Below, in pieces: positions 11,677-22,949 of a stretch of 64,000 nt of DNA. The notes beneath the pieces are model-generated. The model was not told where the DNA came from, did not search any database, and was given only the letters and a program-made list of their open reading frames with translations. Source of the DNA: Psammoneis japonica (Eukaryota); the NCBI GenBank assembly GCA_008632985.1, contig QPGO01000194.1:1-64000 (forward strand), written 5' to 3'. Numbering within the stretch: position 1 is the first letter of the stretch; every line of letters begins with the position of its first letter. Both the position numbers and the translations under genes were made by a program.

Positions 11677-14600
11677 TCACCAAAAAATGCGCGAGCAAAG
11701 CTTCCATCGCCGCTCTCCTGCAACCACCTTCGCAAGTAGATCGGCCAAGTTTGTTTCCGTGTCCTCCTTGCCAACACGAATAATTCCCGCTGCGACCGCT
11801 TCTCGTGCAACATGGTAGTTGATGGCATCATGCTTCTTGTGCAAAACCGACTCGGGTGCACTTACATTCTTTGCAACACCGCGATTGTCACAAAAGACAC
11901 TTGCCGGTCCTTCAAGGGGAACCCCAAACATACGAAGCTTGTAACGCAAAGCAACAACCAATTCTTTACAAATCCGCATCGCAACCAATTCACTCCCGAA
12001 CGTTGCCGATTCCACCGTGTTCTGCCGCTTGCTGAACCATGCCACTGGCGCGTCATTGACGAATGTCAGAATCCCGCTGTGCAACCTGCGAGTGACAACA
12101 TTCCCTGCATGGTCAGCATCAACAAATGCACAGATGTTTGCCGGATCACCACGAGGCTTCGGTGCCCGTGGCGGCAGTTCCTCCTCGACGTCCCCATAAA
12201 ACTCGGTCCAGTCTGCGTTCGAATTGAAAATAGATTCATCAATCACCGGTTCCTTTGGATCAAATCCGATGCATCCGACGTTCTGGTGTTTCTTCATGTG
12301 CGCAAATGCATGGTGCAATGCCTCAAGATGTCCTTTCCTTGGATTAGCTTGACATTGAGATAGGATTGAAACCTCATGCAAGATGTCGACACGACCCAAC
12401 TCGATCGCATGACGACAAATCCCTGTCAGCTGTAAACACCTGTCCACCAAGTCGGGGCCCAACTCGTCCGTCATGTCCAGTTCCGGTTTGCACTTTGGGG
12501 GCAGTGGATCCTTTGCACTGTTCTTCAGAACCTCTCCATTGCCGTCTTCATCCAATGGGCCTTCCACAGTCTTAATCGCCGATTCAACATATGACCTCGG
12601 GGAACTCGCCCAGATTGTGCGCCCATCCTGAGTCTGAACCTTCTCAACGTTAGCTCCAAGACAAACTTCTGGTTCTCCTTCGCTGCCGGGCTTCACGGCA
12701 CAGTGTTCACCCATTGCAGTGACAACAGACTTCCCTTGATGGGAAATGATTGGCATGTCATCGACATGAACCAAAAGCATTTCATGATGCTCATGCCCAT
12801 CCTCACGAGTCGCCGCACGCAAGCAGACATCTGGGTCCACTCTCGTCGATTCGAAGCCTGAGTCATGTAAGACCGATGACAGTGCAGACCTCCAAGAGTG
12901 TCCCGAGCTCTTTAAGCCACATGACACCCGAGTGACAACAAGTGCCTTTCCTTCGTACTCGCCGCATTCCTTTCCACCTTCAAACCACATCTTTTCTGCG
13001 CACGGTGCATTGAGACAAGCATTCTCCAGATCAATCGTCGCAATGTTGATGCCATTCAAGGCTGCTGACAAGAATCCAAGTCGCACACTGTCTCTGGAAA
13101 CCACGCCAGAGCAAGTGATCGATGCCAGGGCCTCTGTCATGTGTCCGCCAGCTGCAAACCTTGCCTTTCTGGTGAAATCCATTTCAATGTCGAATGCCAT
13201 GTGGCACCTGATCTCCTGATGACCACGCAAAGTTGTGCTCTTGCCTTCCTGGACGACTTGAGGGGTTTCAGCTTCGTGCTCGCGCTATGCCACCTTTGCC
13301 TTTGCCATCTCCTTGTTGATTGCACGAGCCCAACAATCTGTCCCTGTTTCCTGATCAATCCGCAAAGCGTCCTCCGTGGACTTGGGCAATCGGGTCCCAA
13401 ACTTGTGAGTCGTGCGCCAGCACTTCTTCTTGACCTTGGACACAATGCGGTTCCGTTTGTGCAGGACATGTGTGACCCACCAAGCAAAAGCAGGTTCTTC
13501 CGTCAACCTGTTCGCAACAGCATGCTCAGCAACTTCAATGGGGTTAGAGTCCTTTGGATCTTTGAGTTTGACCCAAGATGAGCTGCCATCCTTCCATCCA
13601 ACCAGTGGCTTCCATCCTTTTGTTGTGATCTTCTTCTTCTCCTTCCCGTCAGCAGTTCGTACGGTGCCATCAGCAATCGACACCGCATCGTCACTCCTCT
13701 CGTGGTCCTGCATCTCGTGCAAGATAGAACACTGGTTGCCCTCACTGTCAACCTGAGCAAACATGTTCTCGGCAATCACATTGGCTGCGTGCTTGTCTGT
13801 GGTTCTGTCGGTGTGTTCCACTTCGCACTCGCGAGTGTCAAACAATGGGTTTTGATGCCGAGTCCCAATTGGACGCCCATCCTGTCCTCTTGCACGTTTC
13901 GTCACAACACCACGTCGCTCGCCGTCGGTTCCGATGTCAAACACAAGTTCCATTCCCAGGTGTTGATCGATTGCCTGCTCGTTGTCGTCGTCTGGTCACT
14001 CGTCGGGCAATGGCATGTTGCCACATTCCTCGTCCTCTGGCGTGATGCCGCCCTCATGTTCCACACCGAGGTTGCCGTCAATTGCAAGATCGTCCAACAC
14101 ATTGACAAAGTCAGTGTCGTCCAATCGCTTCTCCAGCTGCTCATTAAAGTTGTCGACCTTGACGCGAATGTCCGGTTGTGCCACATCAGCCTGTGTCACA
14201 TGCTCGACCGATGTTTTGGAGACAATCTTCCCATTTTCCGCAATGATCCAACAGCACACATCCGAGCCAACTTTGTGTGAGACACCAAGCCACCGTCCAA
14301 GCCTTCGAGGATCGTCAGTTGCACTCGGCTTGTTGGGCCTGTCCCACCACCATGCCATGTCGTAGAAACCAAAATCTAAATGCTCGCCTGTCTCTGGTGT
14401 CTGCCCAGTGACCTCTTCATGTCCAGTCCTCTCATCCCTGCCTCTTGCCATGCGCGACACTAATTCCGACTCGCAAACAAGACCAAAATCCCACAATCGC
14501 TTTGGCACCTTCTTCTTCGTCATCCGCAGCCGCCAACGTTTGGCTAAGAAACCAATTTCGCGCTCCGCTGCCTGGTTCTGGTTCTTCCGACCCTGCTCTG

Positions 14601-15981
14601 ATGTTCTTAATTGTGTTCTCACACGTCGTGCGTGTCTCACAAATTTGGTGCTCCTTCCTGTGAACTCTCCTGCCCCGTCCGACATAAGATGTTCTGGTGC
14701 ACCCACGTCGTCTGTGAATTCAACAAGAGACAAACCTGCCTCCGACCTGGTGGTCATCGGCACAACCTTCACGAATTTGCCCTGAGTGCAAACATTGGCA
14801 CACGTGTTGCCGAGCAAAGACTTCACCTTGGATGTCAAAGTGTCCACAAACCATGTTCCTTTCAGACGCTTCCGATGCAAGTCAAGATGATCCACCCTCA
14901 CTCTTCGTGACATCGGCTGGGTCGCCGTTCGCACACCGCGCTGAGTTGTTACATTGAGAGCATCTTTTGCCGTTTCTAAACCGACACTCCATTTTCGGGC
15001 CAGCTCTTCAGCGTCAACCTTCGAGTGCCGATCCTTGCTGTGTAAATCTTTGACTGCCCTCTGCCTCTTGTCCACATCGTTGTGACATGTGCAAGCCATG
15101 TTCACTGAGCTGACAAGCCTGTCGCAAAACGATTGAAGTTGATGGATGGGAGACACAGACGATGGTTGCATTTCGACCTCGCCCCAGCATGCTGCTTGGG
15201 ACTTTGCCTTCTCGCTCCTTAATTCCAAGACCTGTTCTTGTCGCATGCCAGAGGTTGATGATCGAATGGCACGCATCTCCGCCTGCTCTCTAGTGCGCTC
15301 TGGCAAGCCCATGTCTGTCTGTGCTGGATCCCATGCATCACCTGTCAACAGCACAACCGGTGAGTTCTGTACTTCCCAATCCGTCGGAACACGAGACTTG
15401 AAAGACACAATTGTCCCCGTGGTGTTGAAAGGGATGAAAGCTTCGTCAGCTTCAATGCCAAATCCGTTTCGGGTGTCGCAAGGGTTGTCGTGTGCGGGTG
15501 TGTTGCACGCACGGAGTTGGTTGGGATTCAAAAGTGAGTGTTCCATGTCAGTCCCAAACCAGAGCATTTGATCACCAACCAGCAAACACTCACGAGTCGT
15601 TTCCGGATCTGTCCATGCGGTGCAACAACGTGCCACAGGAATCTGTTTGATCGGCTCATGAGAGTCCAGAAATGGATGCACCTTGCACACTTCATTTGTC
15701 ATCTCCATGAGCTTCCAGTTTGCCCCAGCGCAACAAGTGTCCGCATGAGCATCACATTCATTTCGAGCGACAAACCCAGGTGTCGTCAAATTTGTCATCT
15801 GTGCAGAACTCGTCGATCGGATCACACGTTTTGATGTCACGGCAATGTGCCTCTTTGTCGCCTTTCCTTTGAAACGAGACATTGGGTGGGGTTTGGTCAA
15901 CAGCAAGAAGAGCAACACAAGCAAAAACGACAAGTGCACCAAATGCGCCAACACTCCAGCAGCTGTTGCCACCCCAAGGAG
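11677..15981 (-). pseudogene. pol: pol (protease, integrase, chromodomain-like segment, reverse transcriptase, RNase H) with two in-frame stops
   Basis: PR CDAHADTCCAG; IN FVDT...MSDGAGE...AAEREIG; RT RKARFAAGGH, CGLKSSG, LVHVDD; RNase H FVDADHAG, ESATFGSE, FCDN, NLADLLAK. ORFs 13996-15972, 13285-13953 and 11677-13230 share one frame, with stops at 13996-13998 (TGA) and 13285-13287 (TAG). Confidence 0.93.
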
Positions 15982-17526
15982 TCAGGTGGAACCATTGCAG
16001 GCTCCCCGACCGAAGGCACGTCCATTGCATCCACCGCGATCCCGGTCAGCGCCGCAACCACGCCCGCTGCTCCTTTGCTCCTGATCCTGTTGTTGGGTTT
16101 GGCCTTGGCCATCTTGATGGACTTGGGCTTCAGCTGCATGCCCACCGCCCCCATCGCGTCCTTGTCGACCTGCGGGAGACCCACAGCCACCACCGCGTCC
16201 ATGACCCATTCGTTCGCGAGCTTGGAACACGCAGCTCATGCCCCCATCACACTGTAACTTTTCCCATTCTTGAGCGCTAAAGCTCCTTGTAGGGTCGGAT
16301 GCATCGACTCCATTGATCATCGTAGTGTGGTCGCCACCTCTGCCTTGACAGCCGCCACCACATCCGTGTCCACCCCCACGTCCAAATCTTCCTCCGCGAC
16401 CGCGACCTCGACAAAAACCGCGGCCACCGCCGCCACCACGGCTCATTTCAGAAATCTTGCGCTTTGAGCAACGCCGGGCTTCCAACTGAGTGCCTGCATG
16501 CAAACGAGAGACTTCGGATGAGAAATGAGCACATGCCCCCGCGAAGTCACGAGGGTGCTGACTGCCAATGACAGCCGTTGCTGCAATGAGACGAGTGTCA
16601 TCCGTTCGGATCCCTTTTAGAAGAATGTCAACTTTCTGTCGTTCAGATTTGCGGTCGTCCGGTGATTTGTTCAAAGCAGCGAAAGCACTGGCGAGTTTCT
16701 CATTGAACTTTTCAAACGGGAGCGATCCTTCCTTTTCACAAAACAAGGTTTCAACAGTTGCCACAGCCAGATGGATGCACTTGCTCAACTCGCCCTGTCC
16801 ATTGCAATGGTCAACCCATGCTTTGAATGCTCCACGTCCGTCTTCTGTTGCGCCAAACGGTTCGATCCATGCCCATCCTGCCGTGTCGACCAAGTGTTCC
16901 TTCAACATGCGGCAAACGCTGTGGTTGTCCTCGTCACATGCGGCGCCATTCAATGGCATCTGGCACATGCGCTGTTGTTGAGCATCCGTGAATGCAGCCG
17001 GAGCTGGCATTGTCCTTATGACATGGCAAAGGGGTTCTTTCAACACGCCAAATTTCTGTGCCAAGAGATTCAGGAAAGCATCTTCGCACACATCGAAGTC
17101 ATCGGGCTTGAACTTTACGAGACCGCTTGCCGACGCGTCTGAATCCATGCGCTCCTTTTCGATGCACCTGCCATTCCGGGCTGCAGCCACAGCTGCCACA
17201 TTAAAGTCTGCCGCAACCAATGGCTGATTCCGTTTGAGCAAATCCTGGCACCACCATGCCAGCGCCTGCAAGTTCTTGATCTGAGTGGTCCCAAGAGTCA
17301 CACGTCCGTCGGCCACCGTGCAACGAGACGCCCTCTGCACCATGTCTTCCACATCGTGATCACTCTCCATCACTGCGATGCTTTCCAAAGTCGTGAACCC
17401 TTCATAGAAGACCAACCTCGCCCTTGCGTTCTGGTCAGCAACACCACAAACTTGCAAAACTGCGTCAACGTCAGCTGCCGCGGCTGACGCTGCAAGTGCT
17501 GCTGCTGGTGCTGCCGCTGCTGCCAT
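15982..17526 (-). pseudogene. gag: gag-like ORF with RGG-rich C-terminal region
   Basis: Long ORF between the 5' LTR and pol, in frame with pol. Contains EDGRGAFKAW...GQGE and KVDILLKGI segments and a GRGRGGRFGRGG tract. Confidence 0.8.
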
Positions 17527-17970
17527 CCTGTGATAGAGAAAGGGCACAAAGGTCCCGCACCGGGAACATGTGGCTGTCAGTCTGCATGGTCATGATGACT
17601 GCACTTTCTCTGTGTTGTGACAACGGGTTCACACAGCCACCCGACGTCAGGGTGATCAGTCCTGTGTCGTTCATGTCAACCGACATTGTTGAGCACACGC
17701 TCGGGCACATTGCCCAATGCCGCAGTCCCTTCACACCCGTCACACATGTGAGGATAGTGACTGTCTTTGCGAGCATCACCATTGCAAGCTGTTTTTGTGG
17801 ATGTTGTGACAAGTGACATGAGACACATCATCGTGCGCATCAATCCGAATTCTGATGCATCGCGCACAGCTCAGCACCGTTTCTACAGCTGCACGTTCCA
17901 TGCAAACAACACAACAAACAATCGTCCATGACGAATTGCACTCGAAACCATTTCGCTCTGTCTTTTTCGT

Positions 17971-17983
17971 CTTGGCTCTGATG
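17971..17983 (-). other. Putative primer-binding site (initiator tRNA-Met-like)
   Basis: Minus strand reads catcagagccaag 3 nt inside the 5' LTR, resembling the copia tRNA-iMet PBS (TGG)TATCAGAGCC with TA->CA. The TGG is absent. Confidence 0.5.
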
Positions 17984-17986
17984 GAG

Positions 17987-18168
17987 CGAATAAATCTCGA
18001 TGCAACGAAAGAACAAGCACGACACCTTGGGTCTAAATGGGAAGCAGCAACACTGTCAATGCGAACCTAAACCTGATTAGATTGTGAGCGTGTCGCTGCA
18101 GCACCACTCGATCCACATGTCTCAACCAATCACCAATTGTGACATGGCCCTCCATCCAGATTTACTCG
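17987..18168 (-). repeat. 5' LTR (182 bp) with 10-bp terminal inverted repeat
   Basis: Top-strand ends cgaataaatc ... gatttactcg (9/10 inverted match). Confidence 0.92.
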
Positions 18169-18172
18169 GCTG

Positions 18173-19146
18173 GAGCAGGTTCCGTTCGATTCCGATCCGC
18201 ACCCCTGCACCAGCAACATTTCAAAGCCCACAGCCAACAAGAACCACAGAAGAGGCAATGAGGACGAGTTGGAGGATGGCAAAATTTGCAAGTGTGAGCC
18301 CTCAAGACTCACCGCCAAGGTGAACAACGGATGAGACTATGATGGCAAGTTGTCAGAGGCCAAGGTTTGTGTTTGTGAGTCATTGGATGGAAAGGGATGC
18401 ATGGATGGTGAGGATGCGGTGTTGAAGAGCTTGGCAGTTGCAACCATGGCTGGAAATGGGGCAACTCCATTCGTTTGCCATTGACAGAGGAATTCCGGAT
18501 GATCCGTCTTGATTTCCATGATGAAGCTGAGCTGTGTGCAGTTGGTGCAAAGATTGCCCAAGAGGCATTTGAAACCCACCTGCCAAATTTAAAACTGGAG
18601 GCAGGCCTTGGCAATGTTTTGGTCAAGTTGCTGGTGGCTTGACTGACAAAGTTCGCTGGGACTGTCAGCACATCCTTGACGGTTGCAACAATTTTGTGCA
18701 CAACAAGTGGATGCACGGTTTGGACAACCTGTGTGAGTGCAAGGAGGTGTTGGATCAGGTCATTCACGAACTGTGCCAAAGTGAGAATTTTGTGACTGCA
18801 ATCGCGGCGTTCACCACCTGAAACAACTGCTTGATGAGAGTTGCATGGAGAATGCGATGCTCAAGCAAAAGCTCAGCCGTTGCCAACTTGATGGCAAAAA
18901 CAGCCGACCGGGAAAGCGCGCCACAGAAGATCCCATTGAATTCTCTAGAAGACTCGTGGCTCGTAACCAAATTGCGTTGCCTTTGCAGAATCCTCTTGCA
19001 ATTAACAAATGTGACCAACTTCTTTGTGACCATTGGTTCATTCCATTGAACTTCTCAATTGTGCTCTCTGCTCACTCCTTTTAGGTCAAACTGTTGCCAG
19101 TGCCTTGTTGCCCCCACTGCAACCCACTTTGCCGCACTTCTTGGAA
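18173..19146. repeat. Family A copy 2, right part
   Basis: Resumes alignment with ~607-1550 right after the LTR (gagcaggttccgt). Confidence 0.9.
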
Positions 19147-19800
19147 TGAACGGTGCCTTTGGTGGCGCCTCTTTGCCATTTTCTGCGCATCACTGCTCCT
19201 GATGTCACCAAAAATCTAACATCCAACCACATGTTGTTGTGGCACTTTGAAACTTTCAACAATGGCATCTTGATCTCTCCGACCTTTGGTTTGTCTGTTT
19301 TTACCAGAGAGAAAAAGACATGCGTCTCATGAGAATGTGGCAAACACCAGGCTGCATGTGCAATGGAGTGATGCAGACGATCAAACAACTTTTGATCTGG
19401 AAGCAGGAACAGCAACTTGTGAAAAGGAGGCTCCCAAGCAAGTGCACGTGCTGATGCAGGCATCATTGTCCCACTGCAAGATGCAATTCCAAGGTCACGG
19501 CAAGCATGCAAAATCTAAAGCCAATTCCACCTCATGCACTGTGCACAAGTCATGCAAAAACAACTTCATCATCTCGGAGACCTGTTTGTCCTGCTCTCAT
19601 GACTCTTGTTTTCTCATCCAAACACGTTGTTCTCCAGATTGGTTGGAAATTGACAAACTTTTGGGTGACAATTGGAAACCAAGCAAAACAACACTCATGC
19701 ATTCAAAAGTCACTTTCCAGTGGGTAGAGCCAAAGAGCTGACCAATGCCAGGCAACCCACAGCTGGAGCTCCAGCCAGAATGCTGCCACCCCAAAGGGAG

Positions 19801-22267
19801 CCAAGAGACCACACAGCAAGGAAAAAGAGAGAGAGTGGAGCAAGAGGTGACAGAGGGCACAGGTGAAGATCAAGCTGATGGGGAGCCATGCAGCGGCTCT
19901 CAGTGGCTGCAAGCAAGGCCCACAGAGGTGGAGCTGGACCAAGGAGAGAAGATGGACCCAGTCTGGAAGGGCTCTTTGACAGGTTGAGAGTTCCAAGAGA
20001 CAGCCCTGCATGTCAGGCAACAAGCTCCATCAAACAATGGAGCTGCAAATGTCAAATGAAAAGAGATCCAAACAGCGGACTGGCCTGCAAGAAAGTCATG
20101 GAGACAGAACTTGACTGTGTCAGATTTCCAATGCAGGTGGTGTGTGTTGCATCCTCAATGAGCACTCCTGCTTTCAAAAGCTCTGCCATGGCTGTCACTC
20201 TGTTTGAGTGCAGCATCAGACATTTGATGTGCCGCTGCAAGTGGCGGCAAAGGTCAGGGTGCACTGCTTCACACAGGTGTCTTGGGGAACTTGACAACAT
20301 GCTTGCTCCAGAGGCCCCAACAAACAAGCCAGGGGATGTTGCTCCTTCCTGAGGAGATGCTCCTAGATGCCAGATGCAATGCATGACTGTTTGGGTGGCC
20401 TGCAGAGGGCACAAGAAACTAGCTTGTTGGCAGCACCAGCAGCAGATCACCAAGCTTTGCTGCAGGGTTCCTTGCAGGGGCGCTGCACTGGCAACAGCAC
20501 AACACAAGTTGACCAAGCACATGGTGCTGGGACAGACTGTGAATGGCAAATGGAAAAGCACCTTTAGATGGCAGCCTGAGCAGATCTCCATCCAAGATCT
20601 GCCTCTTTCAGCTCTTTTTTGCCAGCACTCATGTCATCACAGTTGTCAGCACAACTCCGCTTGGCCTTTTCATCCTGTGTCTTTGGTTTTGTGTTCACTG
20701 TGTCACTTTTTTGCATTGCCTGGATGTAGTTTGCAAAATGAAAAAGCAGAAGACCGTGAGCATGTGCTTTGTGCATGGTTGTGTTGGCACTGGCTCATGC
20801 ACACAGACTGATCTCAAAATTGCAGTCTTTTGCATTGCTCTGAAGTGAGCATGATGGCAGCAACCCTCCTTTGCACTCACCTCTGTCATCTGAAGTTGTC
20901 ACAGTTGTTGTGTCACAAATGCAGCAAATTTGTTTTTCAGCAGAAAATCACAAGCCATTTTGGCCAAATTTGAACACAAAAAGTGGCAGCCAGCCACCCT
21001 TAAAAGGAGCTTTCTGAGCTTTTAAAAAACCTCAATTTGCCTCAATGATGCCACAAAGTCACCACTTGTGTTAACAAATGAATCTGACAAACCAAGTTGT
21101 TCACTTTCCTTGTTCAATTCTGCCTTCTTTTGTTTCAAGGTTCTGCTGTTTTGTGAGTCATGACCGTCTCCCTCCAGAAAGCTTTGCATTTGAGCACAAC
21201 TTCATCTTGAAACTGGGGTGCCACCACAGGCCAGTCCTGTCTGGCCTTTGTGCAGGACCTTTAAAACCACTTGTGCAAAGCACAACAAAAATTGCACACC
21301 ATGATGAGCACTGCCACCAATGCATTGTCTTGCAGCACTGCACCCATTGCAATGCTGACTGCCAAACTGCACCAACATGCTCTTGACACCTCCAAGCATG
21401 TGGCGAACTTTTCATTTTGTTCAAAGATGAGTGCATCTTTGAGTGTGCTGACACAGTTAAATGGCAGCACTCACAGAACATTTCTGGCAACTGCACCAAA
21501 GTGGACAGCTTGACCCAAGAGAGACAAACCGTGCTTCTTGATCCCAAAAAGACTGCCCATCAACTGTGCACTCTTGGCTGCAATGCCAACCAGCACAATG
21601 GTTTGCTGCTTGCACAGCATTTTGCACTTGTGCATGAATTTGGTCAGTCATGTTGATCTGCCAAAATGATGTCTCACTCAATTGCAGCTTTCAATCCACT
21701 TTTAAATGCTGCACAATGAGCCTCATTGTTGCAATGAGCACCTTGGCTTGAATTTGTCCTTGCACAACTCAGGCCATTGTGAGTTTGTTTTTTGCATTGC
21801 CTGCCTCTTGGAACAAGCATGTGAGCCCTTGGTGGCTAGGCAAATGCTTGTTCAATGGTTTTGGCACTCCACTTCTCTTGTCCAATTTTTTCATGTGGAA
21901 GCTCCTTGTCACCTTCAGGAATTGTGTGCCTCCCCTTCTTCAATGGAAGCTAAAAGACTTCTGAACAGCATTGTTTTTCAGCTCATCCTTCAATGCAGAA
22001 CAGACTGTTTGCACCCAGCATTTTTGCCACAGCTCTTGGGCTCAAAGTTGTCAAAATGAACAGCCAAATGAGAGAACATTTTTAAAACCAACCAACATCC
22101 ATGCCATGGTCATCTTTGGCAAGTTTTTGCATGGGTGAGGGCACTCTGTTGTTGTTCTTTGTGCACTTTGATGGTGCTGTTCTGACATCATTCAGGATGG
22201 GGAAGAGCAAGCTTGGGACCACTTGCACCATCAACTGCTCTCCATTTTTACCAGTTTTGTCACACCT
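19801..22267. repeat. Dispersed repeat family B, copy 2
   Basis: Colinear with 1550-3697. Confidence 0.85.
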
Positions 22268-22949
22268 GCATGTCTGCACCCACATTTGACAGCAGCACTT
22301 TGGGTTGCTCAAAAATGGAGGAGCAGCAAGTTGAGAACAACCCCTGCAAGCAAGCAGTCAAGAGGTGACAGCACCCCCAAACCTTTGTCATTCTTTGCCT
22401 TGTGTGGGTTGGACAACCCAACAATCAGACAGAGGAGAGAGAGAAAAAGAAGAGGGCAAGCACCTTCTCCAATTTCTCATGCAGGCTGTCATCACTGCTG
22501 CATCCTCTCACAGTTGTCCTTTTGCACCTTGCAAAACTGCAGAAGACCAGCAGTCCAGGGCAGAAGAGGAGCAGCAGCAGCAGTGGCAGCAGTTTGGACT
22601 CAATGTGCCCTCAAAGCGAGGCTGAAGTCAATGCTGACAGACATTGGAGACAGGGGGTGCACTCCCTTGTGTCAGACAGACTGGGGTGGACAGCATGGAG
22701 AGATCAGATGATCTCTCTTTTGCTCACTTTCTTTCTCATCTGGCACAAGATTGTCATCTGTCCCAGACATCCATCAGATTGTCCTGATGCCAGCAGTCCG
22801 TGAGGTCATGAGCAGCAGTGTTGTCTTCCTCAACACAACTGTGCCACAATGTTGTTGTGTGATTTGGCAATGTTTCTCTGTTGAAGTCATCATCTTTGCC
22901 ACAGTCATTTTTTTCTTTCTTGGTTTGTGATCACCACGACCACCGCAGA

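Larger units (their letters stand above)
11331..18168 (-). mobile_element. Full-length Ty1/copia LTR retrotransposon (CoDi-like), mutationally inactivated
   Basis: 182-bp direct repeats at both ends. Domain order gag-PR-IN-RT-RNaseH (copia order) in one reading frame 17547->11677. GCTG flanks both ends (11327-11330, 18169-18172). Empty site visible near position 600. Confidence 0.95.

Noticed and set aside
11677..17547. Alternative genetic code or RNA editing restoring Tyr
   Set aside because: Neighbouring genes use the standard code with normal Tyr, changes go to both Cys and His, and non-coding repeats are affected too.
11331..18168. ADAR-type editing of retrotransposon RNA as the cause
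   Set aside because: Both A->G and T->C occur on the same strand, the two LTRs differ reciprocally, and non-retro repeats show the same pattern. Disfavoured, though not formally excluded.
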